From assembly GCF_052425735.1 (NCBI RefSeq), contig NC_135770.1:6324001-6388000 (forward strand): 64,000 nt of DNA. Direction: 5' to 3'. The notes under the pieces are model-generated. The model was not told the DNA's origin. It searched no databases and worked only from the letters and a program-made list of their open reading frames with translations. The number at the start of each line of letters is the position of its first letter. Positions within the stretch are counted from its first letter, which is position 1. Below are positions 13,427 to 27,029 of the stretch, piece by piece. Both the position numbers and the translations under genes were made by a program. Source of the stretch: Oculina patagonica. Lineage: Eukaryota.

Positions 13427-14491
13427 CATCGCCTTATATCATTCAGCTGATTTTTCCTATAATACCCAGAAAGACACTCACAGGGGCCTGAAGGCAAAAC
13501 TGCCATCAACTTACAAGTGTACGCTTATTAAAAAACTTTATAATACAAAAGATCGAACTTCGTTTAAGTAACTAAGTACGACACCGCCGGATATGAAAAC
13601 CCAAAACCTCTTGTGAAAAAAGGGAACTTGTACCCCCATCTGCTGAAATTAGCTGCGGTGTCGCTGCGGTGCCTTAACTCGGGAGAGAGAGAAACGCGGA
13701 AACTAGTTAAAGTAAATACAGACGAACCTCTCCTTAGTGACACCAATATTACGCACAACTTCCTATTACGGAAAGTTTACTTGGTCCGAAAGGGAACTAA
13801 ATTTGTTTACTGAAACTCTACCTAAGTAGCTAGCGAGCAAGTGCTGACCTGGACTCCACATTCAATTCGTAGGAAGGTACCCATAATCCCCTCGGCGCGC
13901 ACTCAGACCTCTGGTACATGATGGGATAACGTTTCGCGATGCTACATTGCTGCCAGAAATACCATTTTCAATTACGAAGAAGAAGAAGAAGTGCAGACCC
14001 CATTATAGTTAGTAGGAGAAGATTAAGAAGATTACAGCCGTTTTATAACGAGTACTGTTCAACCAGTTTCAAACCAAAAGTGGCCAATCACAGCAAAAAC
14101 AGATCGTGCAACGAGCCCATCAGTCCATCAGAGCACAGAGCCAAAACATGGAAATTGATATGCGCGTAAACAAAGTCAATATTTATTTTGCCTGTTCCTG
14201 ATTGGCTGGAACTATTATCATTTTTCTTTCCTTTTTTGACAATGATAATCTAATAAATTAACTATGGCCAGTGTAACGCATCGCGGTGTTGCGTGACGAA
14301 TAAAATGAGCTGGGAGTCTGGTACCAAGTTTTCATCTTCGAATATAATGGCGGCGGTGATCGTTGCGTGTTGATGGTGCAATAGAATCAGTACTATCTGA
14401 ATCTTTTCATTAATTGGAAGCAGTGCAGCGATCATTGCTGGCTAGTTGTTATAAAGCTCAGTTTTCTAAATTAAATACTCTTCTAATTGAA

Positions 14492-17400
14492 ATGGGCGAT
14501 AGAAGAAGTCAGCAAGATGGCGCTAGCGCGCGAAACCCGAAGGTAAGCTCACAAATTTCCTAATTTACACTTTTTCTAGATTTTATTACCCCTGTCCGGT
14601 TGCCGGACATCTAGACACTTCATTAGCCACATTTGCCCATTGTGGAGAGAAAAATTCAATTAAGTCTGACTTGATCTATAAAATGTAGTATTTGTCATGC
14701 ACTTGACACCCGGGGACTTGTCAGACACTGACCGATGGAAGTTCACTGCTGATCAAAGCTACACAGCTAGTAGAAAGGTTGCTGGTAGATCCCACTCTCC
14801 CACTTTGGTGAAAAAAAGGCCGAAAAGTAAAAATTCCCCTTGCCCCTTCTTTTTACTGCAGCAAGAAAGGGACCAACTTCATCTTTGCACCCTCCCCCCC
14901 CTGCCCCCCCCCCCGTCCTACATTAGGACCCATCATCACTTTGACACCCAAGTGATGGTGGTGCAAATGATGACTGGGTTGTAGGTGTGGGGGGACATGC
15001 ATGGGTGCATGGGTGGGGTAAGAGTGATGCACCTGGAGCTAATTTACTAGTTGTAATAATTTTTTTCTAGAGGAATCACAATATTCAACTGTCCAAAGCT
15101 CTTTCTTATATTCTACGACATGGTGCAGCTAAAGAGGGACTGCAGATGTCACAAGGTAGTACTGTTATGGAAAGAACAAATAAATTTATTTATTTATTTC
15201 CTGTTTCACTTAAGCTGCAGGATCAGTTATAAAGTGTGTTATAATTTTGCTGCAAAACAAAAATCCAAAATATTTTACCATGATATATACATAGGTCCCA
15301 CGGGGGTACTCCGGCTTGTAAATGACGGGGATGATCGAATGGAGGCAAAACTCAGGACCCAAAAAAATCCCTAAGTCTTCCGACATTACCCAAAAAAATC
15401 CCTGGACCAAAAATAACCCTGAAAAAAATCCCTTGTCAAATTACCCCTAAATTGCCAGGAGGGGCAAAAACGCTCGAGTTTGATTATTCATCATATTATA
15501 AATACGCCAAGGCACCTTAGTTCGTTCTTAATACCTAATAAAAATCCCCTATTTGAATCAAGTCACCCAAAAAAATACTTGCCAAATTTTCCAACCCAAA
15601 AAAATCCCGGAATCGAAAATTTCAAACCCCAAAAAATCCTTCGATCATCCCAGTCATTTACAAGTCTGAGTACCCCCCCCCCCCTGGGACATGGGTAATA
15701 TAAGTTGACAGACCTACATGCTTGTTCTCATCGTAGGTTTTATCTTTGTGGAGGATCTTTTAAAACTACGACAGTTTCAAAGATATTCAGAGGATGACAT
15801 CAAAAGAGTCGTAGCTGATAATGATAAGAAAAGGTTTGCTCTGAGAAATGATCCAGCAACAGACAGACTGCAAATCAGAGCCAATCAAGGTCACACGATA
15901 GAGGTTGGTATACTTGTGAATGGTACTGGGCATGACTAAATCATGCACATGTGAAATGTTGTTTGGGTGGCATGGTGGACCTGGATAAAGTGGGGGTCGT
16001 CACAGTCACAAAGTGCCAGGCAGCGAGTTGTGTGATCCATTCTGGTTAGCCTTAAGCACTTTGGTTAGCCTAAATGGCACTCTGGTTAGCGTGAATAGCA
16101 CGCCAGGTAGCCTAGCAGTAAGCTTAATTAGCTAGCTTGTGGTTAGCCTTTTCATTTGGAGTAAGGATTCATGCCTTTCATGCCTCACCTCAAATGTCGC
16201 GCTGCCTTGCCTTGCACCCCTCGCCCATTTTGTGGGACTCTAAAGTTGTCTAAGTTTGATCCCTGTTGAGGGATCATTGCATTGATTGTGTTCTTGAGCA
16301 AGCAACTCACTGTACCACTATACCTCTCCTCCCAGGTGTATTTAAAATTAACTAGTAGGTACTGGCAAATTTAATGCTGGGGGTAATCCTGACCAGATAC
16401 CCCATTTTAGATTTGACCTGAAAAATTTGATACTGTCTTATAGCTTAAGATTATCATTAAAACATTCTTACTCGTAATCATTTACTAGGTAGACGATCTT
16501 GATCTGGAACCCATTAGAGACCACTCTGAAGCACCCACTGTCGTGCACGGCACTTATCGTGACTGTTGGCAACCAATAAAAATCCAGGTGGGTACTTGTA
16601 GCAAAATAATTAAATATTGATTAAGCTAACTCAGTTCAATAGTAAAAAGTATGCAACTTAAAATAATTAATACTGAGATCTGGCTATTTTTTTTAAGTGT
16701 ACAATGCCTTAATTGCTCATGTCACCAGGGCTTGTCAAGAATGAGCAGAAACCACATCCATTTTGCACCTGGAGAACCAGGAGAAGAAGGCGTCATCAGT
16801 GGTTAGTTTTGTCTGGTAAAAATAACGTACTAAATGAACAGAGACCTCCATTACAAATCAAGGGATCAAAGGTGCCATGCTCATCAGAGCCAGTGCTCAA
16901 GTTTCTGTAACATGGAGCCCGGTAGGGGGGGGGGGGGGGGGCACCCGGTATATTTTTGGGTGGGGGTGTGCCACTGGGAATTGGAAGCCCTTACCCTATA
17001 CCAGACCATGTTCAGCTGATTTTTGCAACCCTATACTAGACTAGACACTGAAAATCCCTACCCTATCCCAGACTTGCATTTTGTTAGAACTGTATCATTA
17101 TCAGTGTTTTAATGGAAAACCATCTGTGAACAACAATACCGCGATGATTTTATTTACGTTTAGGAAAGCCTCTCTCTCTTCCGAGTTTCTGGACTATATT
17201 TGTCATACCGTCGATCGGTTTCCCGGCAAATGCTACCCTTTTCTAGACCAAAACTCTCTGATTTCTATACCCTATCCCAGACTAAACTGCTTGAAAACCA
17301 TACCCTTCACAGCGGCACATACCTATATAGCTCATGTATGGGAGTGCCCCCCCGGGACATAAATTGAATATATAAGGTTACTGTTTCTAAGAACTCCCCT

Positions 17401-19738
17401 AGACTAGTTGGGATGCTGGTTCATTACAGGTTTACCAGAATTTTGTCCAGTTGCCCCCATCATTTCAATGGTACACATTAAATAATTATTTTTTATAGTC
17501 CTGGGTGAAGAGAGGCACTGTGAGAGCTGAGCTGATCCCATTTGTCTGTTTTGTAGAGACTATAGCGAAGCAAGCCATGCATGGCCTTTCCTGCGCAGGC
17601 GCTCCTTTCCCCCCAGGCCACACTTGGCTCGCTTTGCTTGCAGATTTCTTTTTTCACCCGGCCCCACTTGGGAGCCTGTTTGGCTACCTCTTATCATTAT
17701 TTTACTTTTAAAATTATTTTATTTCATTTTGCTTCAATCTCAGTAGACTAAGGAAAAAAGAGAGGCGGCTATTCATAGTCAAACCTGTGCTAATGCATAA
17801 ACACAATGCAGTTATCCCAGTCAGGCATGAGTTCAGTGCACTGACTACTCTAGGCCACCATTTTTTCCCACATTAAATTACTGTGTCGCAAAAACAACTG
17901 AAGATAATTTCCAATAAAAACGATAATCTCTCAAATGTTTGTAGCAAACGTTTATGTTATTTCTTTAATTTTGTTTTCCATTCAGGCATGAGATCCAGCT
18001 GTGAAATTCTGGTGTTTATTAATCTCAGAAAGGCACTAGGTGGTAAGTCAGTTAAAAATTAAATTTATATTATGAATTCACAAGAGCGTAATTTTTCTCC
18101 AATAACTGTATTTAACTTGTCAGATAAAATCCACCTCTCGTGCAGTGCGTGGCCATGTTAAAGGGGTAAACTCTTATTAATGAATAAAAATATGGCTTTG
18201 TGTTTGTGAACTTTTTGGTTGGTCAAAAGAAAGTGACTGTACGTGTAATGAATTATAAAAATGCAGGTAATCGTAGAATCTATAAAATGAATTAAGTCCT
18301 TCAACTATTTGGCTTTTTCTTTTCACAACAGATGGCTTCAAGTTTTACAGATCATCCAACAATGTGATTCTTTGTCCTGGAAATGAACAAGGATTTCTTC
18401 CACCTGAATATTTTGAAAGAGTTGTACAGACAAGACCCAGTAATTATAACAACAACTTACAGACATATTTAATTACAAAAACTAATTAATTGCATGTGAC
18501 TATTATAGCACTCATTTTCTGTATCTCGCTTAGCAGTGTAATCTGTGTAGATACTGTACATGTAATGGAGTGCGTACTGCAGTCAACAACAATAGAACAA
18601 ACAGCAACAATGTCCCTTTAAGCCCCTAAAGCAGTAGCAACTGAGCTACACTAGAGGAGAAGCCATGAGCCAAGCGGCCCACACTGCCGGAGCTTATCCC
18701 AGTTTCCGTAGCATTAAGCGGCTAGGAATACCGTATTTTCTCAAATAAACGCCGGGGGCGTTTATTTAAAACTCGGCCTCAGAGACCCGGCGTTTATTTG
18801 AAGCCGGCGTTAAATCGGGGTCCGGCGTTTATTTATGAAGCGCGATTTCCACCCAGAAAGCACAATTTTTGACAAGGCTAAAACAACTGATAAACAAACG
18901 CTGGAGGGATCCTCGCGATTTTAGCGACAGGGAGCACTACAACAAAAGAAATAGAGTGCGTCAGTCATAACAAAAAGAGCATGCCGGAACATTGACTAAC
19001 ATTACTATATTTTCAATTTTGTGTTGTTGTACGTCATAAACCGCAGTTAATGTTACGCCAGACTTATTCGTTAAGCATTTATTAAAATAACAAAAGCCGT
19101 ATACCATATAGTACGTGTCATATCAGTGCCTTTCTAGTGAATATCTTCACTTATTGGATCGACTCAAATAAACGCCGGGACCTCGATTAAACGCCGGGAC
19201 CCCGAATAATCGCCGGGGGCGTTTATTTAAAACTTGGCCTCAGAAACCCGGCGTTTATTTGAAGCCGGCGTTTAATCGGGGTCCGGCGTTTAATCGAGAA
19301 AATACGGTATTATTTTCTACTCCCCCCTGAATGGGATGCTAGTCCATTGCAGGGTTCCACCCCAGCATTATGTCGCCGGTACCCATTTATACACCTGGGT
19401 GGAGAGAGGCACTATGAGAGTAAAGTGTCTTGCCCAAGAACACAACACAAGCGACCCTGGCCGGGGCTCGAACTCGGACCGCTCAATCCGGAGTCTGGTG
19501 CACTAACCATTAGGCCACAGCGCCTCCCATGAGCTACACTAGAGAACCAGTAGAATTACAAGCCTACAAGAACTGCTGAACTACCGCATGTCACTTCTGC
19601 TATGCTACTTCACCCTACAGCCTTGCTGTGCACATTCCGTCAATCAACACATTTTAATTATTCCGAAAGCTAAATGTAGCCAATAAGACTTCTTTATTGT
19701 TATTTTCAGGGAAAGAATTGATTTTTCCTGCCACCTGA
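14492..19738 (+). CDS. TRPT1: tRNA 2'-phosphotransferase 1 (Tpt1/KptA family), 222 aa
   Basis: Exons 14492-14542, 15071-15155, 15737-15903, 16489-16587, 16729-16801, 17986-18042, 18332-18439, 19710-19738 (669 nt, in frame). Motifs LSKALSYILRHGA, NDKKRF, IRANQGHT, VVHGT, GLSRMSRNHIHF, ISGMR and SSNNVIL. Confidence 0.93.
15297..15688. mobile_element. MITE with 8-bp target site duplication
   Basis: TIRs CCCACGGGGGTACTC / GAGTACCCCC..CCTGGG, flanked by acataggt / acatgggt. An inverted second copy lies at 46840-47261. Confidence 0.8.
16918..17356. mobile_element. MITE with CCCGG(G)n ends
   Basis: CCCGGTAGGGGG..GCAC / GTGCCCCCCCGGG termini in TRPT1 intron 5. Confidence 0.55.
18657..19529 (-). mobile_element. 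Full-length tRNA-derived SINE with 15-bp target site duplication
   Basis: Minus-strand head GGGAGGCGCTGTGGCCTAATGGTTAG (A box)...GAGTTCGAGCC (B box). TGAGCTACACTAGAG is duplicated at 18642-18656 and 19530-19544. Confidence 0.85.
18731..19307. mobile_element. TA-targeting MITE (Tc1/mariner/pogo-like) inserted in the SINE
   Basis: TA|CCGTATTTTCTC...GAGAAAATACGG|TA with internal AAACGCCGG repeats. Confidence 0.85.
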
Positions 19739-20288
19739 TGTTAATTACTGAAGTGACAAGTGGCCAAATTATTTTGTTGTTGTTTTTTCATTGTTCATTA
19801 AAATAATAATATTTTAAGATTTTTTATAACATATTTAAAAGTGAGAGGTACACTTGTCCACAATATAAAATAAAACTTGTAATTAGTAATAATTTTATTG
19901 CAAGTACTTTAAAATAATTTATATTATGGAAGCCAAATATTGATGATATGGTACCAACTGGACATCTGTTACACACACTGTGCTTCGATCAACACTGTGC
20001 CTCCAGTCAAAGCTGACAATGAAACAGCAGCCATAAAAAATTATTTTCAATTGTTTTCTTTTTATTCTATTGCAAGCATCTTTCAGTAGAGCTCTGGCTA
20101 CTGCTTGAGTGTAATTCACTTGGGCTGGTTTTTGCCAAAAAATAATATCCTCATGAGTGAAAAATAATTATCTTTAGCACTCTATTAGACATTTTGCATA
20201 ATTATGACAAATATAGGACAAATTAAATACTATGTAGTACAAAACAGTACAACAAAATTAAAAGAACAGTCAATACAATTTGAAATCC

Positions 20289-23112
20289 TTAAGTTGCCAG
20301 GGCAGTACTTGGGATCCCAGTGTCAGCAAAGTTTTGTTTCCAAAGAAACTCAGTTAGATATGAAGTACCGTCACCACAATTCTGTGAACAAGTGTAAACA
20401 ACTAATGTTCCCCAGTCGATACTGTCCTCAAGGCTGTCCACTTGTAAGTGATTAAGCAGCTGTGGCATAACCTAAGCCAGAGAAAAGTTATATAATTATT
20501 ATCTGACTGCTTCATGGAGTAAAAAAATTAATCATAAATTTAAGAAAAAATAAATTAAGTTATTGCTAACAAAAGTCACTTATTAATAATTAGATGGTTC
20601 GCACTTATTGTTTTGGCAAACATTTTTATTCATTGCTGACAATTTTGTCCGTACAATTTGTACAGGCTGAGCAAAACACAGCCATGATGTTAATGCTGTA
20701 AAAAATGTTGTTAGAAGCACAGACTGAAGAAGGGTAAATTATCTCAATTCACCATTCATTTGGCCTTACATATTAGTGCCGCAATGCAGCTCACAACGGT
20801 TTATGATCAAACTATCTCAACAAACCAAACTCAGGTTTAAAAAGATTGTAATATTGCAGCACATTATCAATTTTGAGTTTGTATTTGTACTTTTTTTTTC
20901 ATTACCTGAAATTCAAACACCCTGTCAGACCCACATTCACATTGTGGAATATCTCCATCATTAGGTTTGCCTTCATCAGAAACCCACAGAGGCTCTCCAT
21001 TTTGGTGATAGCGTAACACCTGCCAAAATGTAAAACAAATTTAATGTTGCATAAAATTATTAATAACATTTTGGTTACTGGCCCATTAAAGAATAGGGAT
21101 AAGGAATTTTAAAAGTCAAGTAACTCATAGGAAAACACAGTTCTCAAAACTATTTTTATTATCTTTTTGGGTATTTTAAAACTCTCTACAGGTGTGGGAA
21201 TGTTTTTATCTTTTGACATTTTTTTTATTATTATCAATATTTAGAGATAATAATTAAATATACAAACAAAAGGAAGAAAAAGGGGGGGGGGGGGGAAACC
21301 AGAGGGCAACTGCCATCTGGAGTTCTGTCGGCTACTTGATTACTGGAGGTGGGGAAAAATAATTAATGTTGTGTTCTCACATTGTTTGACTGTTTCACAA
21401 ACCTGTTTTGGTTCTCTTGCAACTCTCTTCTTGAATTTTCTAAACTGTTTGTCAGCTAGTAAAGCTTCTTTTCCCAGAGTAGTCAGAGATTCAAGTTCTC
21501 TGTCACTATCTGCATCACTGAGAAGCTCATTTGATTTCACAAACTGTTTGTATTCATCTAATCTTTCTTTTTCACTCTTGTCATGCACAGCACTCTCATC
21601 TGGCTCTGTCTCAATCACTAGCTCGTATTCTGGAAACAGAACTTTGCTATTGTTCTTGCATGAAGAATGACCTGAGAAATAAAAACAACGATATTTACAT
21701 GTAACATTAAATTTTTGTTTAAAAAATCTTCAACCTGTTTGGTGGTAAACGTAACATCAGACGGGGAATTAACGGCCTCAAAACCCCATAAAATCATAAA
21801 AGAGCACCAAACGATAAACGTTAAGTACCAGTAAACTTTATTTATCTGGCTTACAGTAGATCAAAGTTTGCAATCGAAAGATGCAAAATTCAGTATTTTA
21901 TGGAGCATTTCTCACATCAGTTGACTCAAGCCAAGGTCAATCGTTTCAGTGAAGGTATGAGATCAAATAGCACATACCGTGACGCTTACATCACACAGCC
22001 TCAAAAACAGAGGATTGTCTGCCTGTGATACTAACTCTTTTCAGTCTAGCTAAAAGTGGACAGTCATGGAGCTGGTTGTTCAGTGGATTTTGCCTTTCTC
22101 CCTTTGTGCCTCTACAAAGCAGAGTGTTACAAGCAAAGTTCCTTTGTTGGGAGAAGTGCGAAGTCCTAGGGAACAGGGAAAGTCCCTGACAACAGGGGAC
22201 CTCTCCCTGTTCCTTGATCCATTCCATGCCCCCGCCCCCTTTATGACTCACATCTGATAGGATCAATGGAATATTTTTTTCACAACATCCAACAAAAATA
22301 ATTATAGTGGAGAGGGAAGTAATTTCAAAGGGTTACAACAAGAGAGTAGGACTCTTAGAAATAAGTTGGGGGAGGGGGGGTTCGGATCACAAATGAATGC
22401 CCCTTGTGAGTTGACTGGACCTAACTAGCTTATTTTCTTGTGATTAATTTTGAGATAAATGTAAACGACTGTAAGGTCAGGATAACCTTGATACTTCTAA
22501 AAAGTAATCTCTCAAATCACCTTCCAACGGCTGATCTTGACCGCCTTCAGCACACGCTAATTTAGAACACAAGTTTTTATGTCCAGACTTCCAATCCACT
22601 GTTTGATGTTCACGACAACAATACTGAGCCACGTGGCATTTTGAACACTTCTTGTCTCCTTTGCAACCGCACACATCACACAAGCTCACCCAAGCTTTGG
22701 GTTTAAACTCCTCCGCCACGGATTCCATCGAAAGCTCGTTGATCTCGTCCAAATCAGGCGGCGGATGATAACTGTAGAACTTATTATCGCGTGTTAACTG
22801 ATTTCTTAGGACGAGAAAGCAATCGCTACGATTTTCGGAGTGGCATTTCCCATCTTTGCAGCAAAGTACGAAAATCGTGCGATGAAAACTTCGATCGTCT
22901 GACAACGGCGCATACACTTGCAACAGAAACACCATTGGTTTTTGGCAGTTCTTGCAGAGCATGCGGTTGGAATCAGGCAGATCTTGTAAGTTTAACCACG
23001 CTGGTTTTCCACCGATTTTACTCGGAAAGAAGGCGCTCGTCATTTGTAGTTTTCGGACTGCATCATCGCCGATTTCTTCAGCAAAACCTAATTCTACTTC
23101 TTTGGCCGCCAT
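20289..23112 (-). CDS. PDCD2: Programmed cell death protein 2 (zf-MYND plus PDCD2_C; uS5/RPS2 chaperone), 385 aa
   Basis: Exons 23112-22521, 21671-21403, 21019-20906, 20471-20289 (1158 nt, in frame). Motifs VELGF, SKIGGKPAWL, LLQVYAP, FHRTIF, MYND CDVC...CSKC...YCCREHQ..DW...HK..C, QVLRY, FEFQVMPQLL and IDWGTL. Confidence 0.95.
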
Positions 23113-24550
23113 GTTGGTTCACGAACTCTACCGCTGGGATAAGAAACTACAGGCTCATTTCAGTAAGGAAACCTTGTTCCCAGGGTTACTCTATATTGTG
23201 GAAGTAATCGCTATAAGCGATAAGAGGGTGGTAAAGGGGTTTTTCGTGAAACATGAAATGGCCATTTTATTTTTTCGTGAAACGTGATCGGAGAAACAGG
23301 AGTTTATATCAAGTTTGGGTTCAGGTTATAAGATGAATTTTGTAAGCCCGCCGTGTGTGCAGACTAGACGTCTCCTGCTTTTTGCTTCACGCGGAAAAAT
23401 TAATAGGAGACGTCTGTAGGCAGGCTGGAAATTCCGTTTCAAATCTCGGCACATCCCCCCCAGTTATCCTACCACACCAAAGCAATCAGAGCCAAAAGTA
23501 TGGCCGCTATAAACTGCGTGGCATAATGCATAAAAACAAATATCTGGGAGCGATTACGAATTTAAACTAATTTTGCACTGATATACAGCGTTTTTTTTTT
23601 TGGTTTACATGGCGTAGACGTTTACACTTGTGGATATGTTGATATTTTACCGTAAAGTTCCGATGGTAACGACCCCCTGGAATTCCAAAGGCAATATACT
23701 TACTCTTTCAGTGAAATAATGGAAATTGTTCAATCCAACAAGATTCTCAGCTCTCAACTTGTACATTAAAAACAAGATTTTAAGATTGGTCGGCCATCAT
23801 TTGGTACACGTTTTAGTTAGCCAAAAGTAGCTACCGAAACTAGTGATAGAAAAAGACTGTTGTATTGGAATTATTAGGGGTCCTTACTTTAGGAACTTCA
23901 CGGAAGTGTCTAGGAGAGCCCTAAATTAATAGGAATTTCGTTGTGATTTACATTCAGTTCGTCTACTGTGCTTCGATATCAACTAGATTATTTTTCTGTG
24001 AAACAAAAGGTGCCTTTGTGAAGAGAACAAACACAAAAATGGTATACCAAAAGTACGAATATTTGGTGTCCTCTCCACCTTTTCTTTAAGGTATGAGATA
24101 GAAATTAGATGACTGTGTTTATATTAAGCGTACGGTTAAGATTATAATGTACAGCTGAAAGCGAAAGAATAAGAGAACTTCCTTCGATTCTTAATCCACG
24201 CAATCACCTTGTCAATCCCCGGGTTCGCATCCAGTCCTTCTCTTTTACACTTCTGTTCCTTAACTTTATTTTCATGTGGTCGTTCTTGCTCAAGCATGTT
24301 TCCTCGCCCGCAACTTCTCTTTTCTCGATCCTATTTCAATCGTCTCCCTCCGTTTTTTCACTTTCCCTTTTTGTCTTACTTCTACTTTTCGTATCGTCTT
24401 GTTTCCTTTTCTCTTGCGTACTTTTCCGGTCTCCTCTGTTTCTTCTTTCCTCTTCATGCCCCTATCCTCCCTCTGCCCTCCTCTCCTCTCCCCTCCTCTT
24501 TTGTCCTCTAACTCCTCCCCTTTCTCTATCTTCCGCTCCCTTTCTCACTC

Positions 24551-25524
24551 CTACCCTTCCTCTTCCCCCTCTTCAGCATCTTCATTCCCATCTCCATCAT
24601 CTTGCTCCTCTTCTTCATCATTTTCTTCCTCTTCATTCATCTCTTCGTCATCTCCCTCTTCCCCTTCCTCTTGCTCCTCTCCCTCCTGTTCCTGGTCTTC
24701 TTCATCGTTAACTTCCTCCTCCTCTTCCTCTCCTCCATCTCTTCCCTCGCGAATGTCTGCCTCTTCATTTTCATGTTCGCAGTCGGTGTCATCTTTATCC
24801 TCCACATCAGACTCTTCTGTTTCTTCCTTCCTTAATCTAGTTGAATTTCTTTTCCTGGACCGTTGTGATCGCTGTTTCCCTTTTCTACCACCAGGCTTGC
24901 TGCTTTGTCGCTGAACTTTTTGTAAAGTTGTCCCACCTTCTAAAGAAATTAGGAATTTTATTATTAGAAAATGTCAAGAGTTAATGAAGCAGCTTGGTTT
25001 ATTTCTACTTCCCCGGATTGGATGCTAGGCGATCGTTGGTTCCCCTGCCACCCACCCCAGTTCCCGCATCATTTTGTCAGGTTCAGCTCAGTTGGTGGAG
25101 CGTCTGGTGGAGCACTAAGGCCGTGTTCACACTTAGTGCCCGAGCACCGGTACCTGGGCACCGGCAAAAATTAGCGTCGCGTTCACACACAGAAAACCTA
25201 AGTACCCAAGTACCATTTAGTGCCCGAGTACAAGGTAGAGGCGTGGGCAATTAAAAAAAATAGAATGTTGGCATTAGTGCCTAGCGGGAATCGTACTCGG
25301 GAACTGTGCCCAGGCACCAAGTGTGAACACAGCCTAAGTTTAAATTGCGTACACACATAACTGCAATGATCTTTCATGCTCTAAATCTTTCACCCGCAAT
25401 TTAAAAATATGACATTTCGTATATTTACTTTCATATTTCATTCAGTTATAAATAGATTACCTGTAGTGCTTGTGACTTCAGCTTTATTCACCGAGATTTG
25501 CACTATCCCAATGCCGGGAATAGC
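24551..25524 (-). CDS. Last two exons of an uncharacterised basic-then-acidic low-complexity protein (possibly a pseudogene)
   Basis: Exon 25524-25461 (AIPGIGIVQISVNKAEVTSTT) splices in phase 1 to 24939-24551 (EGGTTLQKVQRQSSKPGGRKGKQRSQRSRKRNSTRLRK, then a ~90-aa D/E tract). Confidence 0.5.
25119..25334. mobile_element. PIF/Harbinger-like MITE
   Basis: TAA|GGCCGTGTTCACACTT...AAGTGTGAACACAGCC|TAA. Confidence 0.75.
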
Positions 25525-25657
25525 CTACAACAACAACAACAACAGTGGCAGCAAAAAAGCTGTAATATAGTATTAAAATGGTTTGAACATAGGAGTATCA
25601 GTACGTCGTATAGGGTGATTGCCGGGTGAGAGTAGTTCTGAGAAGAACTGTTGTTGG

Positions 25658-25702
25658 TGACTGACGTTTCGTAAACCTGAGCGGAAGTCATCTTCAGAGT
25701 CA
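25658..25702 (-). ncRNA. Minimal type I hammerhead-ribozyme motif in a Penelope-like repeat remnant (degenerate stem II)
   Basis: Minus strand reads TGACT-CTGAAGA-TGACTTCCGCTCAGGTTTAC-GAAACGTC-AGTCA: stem I TGACT/AGTCA, core CUGANGA and GAAA, palindromic ACGT. Confidence 0.55.
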
Positions 25703-25755
25703 AGTAAACGTTGTTGTCAAGCGATGACATCAGCAGTTCTTCTCAGAACTACTCT

Positions 25756-26534
25756 CATAGGCGTACGAGGCGGGGGGGGCGAGGGGGCTGCAGCCCCCCC
25801 AGTGCCGAAAATTTTCGGGCAAAATGCTTAGAATTCGGGCAACATGCCTAGAGAAAAAATAGAAAATAAGCCGAAAAATCTCAACATTACGTTCAAAACG
25901 AATTACATCAACAGAAAAAGTATTGGAAATATAACGAAGTTTGTGGTTCAAAAGTCCAAATTTCTCATTCATCTGCTTTCGTTTCTTCTCGCAAATTGCT
26001 ATAATCATGTTCGATTTTTCTCGCAAATTCTGCGTAGCCCTTCAGTCTGATTCAGTTGCAATCAGCTTTTCCATAGCTTGAGCGTTTGCGCACGGTGGCT
26101 CCAGTGTGATGAAGCTAATGCTTTTGTCTCAAATGTTAAGTTCTCAGGCCTAGGTCAAAATGTTCAACGAAATGTTTTAACCCATTCATCCCTGAATTTT
26201 TCACACGCTTTTGTATAACTTTCAAGTTGGGGAAAAACAATGTTAATTGGCTCCCCAAAAGTACTTTAATTTTTGCTGAACTAGAGTGAATAAATAAAAT
26301 ATTTCCGCAGAAAAATGATTCAGTGCACTGACACCTTCGAGCAACGCCACGAAATTAATTAAAGAACTATCGTTTCCTTTAAGAAAGCAGGTAAGGTTTG
26401 TACACAACTATTTCAATGCACGTTTTGTTGTCCATTTTATATGCCTCTTTATTCAGCTTTCAACCCATGCCATTTTTTTTTTCGGGCAATAAGGTCTCCG
26501 CCCCCCCAGGTCCGAAGGTGCCCGTACGCCTATG
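25756..26534. mobile_element. Non-autonomous DNA transposon with 8-bp TSD (hAT- or P-like)
   Basis: TIRs CATAGGCGTACG / CGTACGCCTATG, with ACTACTCT duplicated at 25748-25755 and 26535-26542. Confidence 0.85.
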
Positions 26535-27029
26535 ACTACTCTTACCCGGACGATCACACTATGCGACCAAAAAGAGCTGTGTTTGCTTTGTTGGACCACA
26601 ACACTTTCAGGAAAACACTCTGTGTAATTGTGAAACATAATCGACACATAAAGGCAGTAACGTAACACGGAAAAAACTCTCAGAAGCTCGTTTGAATGTG
26701 TACGTGCATCGAATAATGAATTGGAATTTGGAAGTGTTGGTTTTTATGGAGGGAGGAAAACCGAAGAACCAGGAGAAAAACCCTCGGAGCAAGGACGAGA
26801 ACCAACAACAAACTCAATATTGGCTGTAGGCAAGCGTCAGTGCTTGAAAAAAAGAGAAATTTCGTCCACGATTGCCATGGAAACTAAATGTTATTTTAAG
26901 TTATTACGCAAATGTCGGTAGCAACCTATTTTGTGATTATGTTGTGATTATCGCACTTAATAACAGAAACATTAATTAAAACTCTGCTATAACTGATGTG
27001 AAAAAGCAATGATGTTAGTTATTACTTAC

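Noticed and set aside
19455-19529. tRNA gene
   Set aside because: The A/B boxes belong to a SINE head that continues into a repeat body flanked by a TSD.
24209-24914. Plus-strand Ser/Leu/Phe-rich ORFs of up to 212 aa
   Set aside because: They are antisense shadows of the purine-rich acidic tract on the minus strand.
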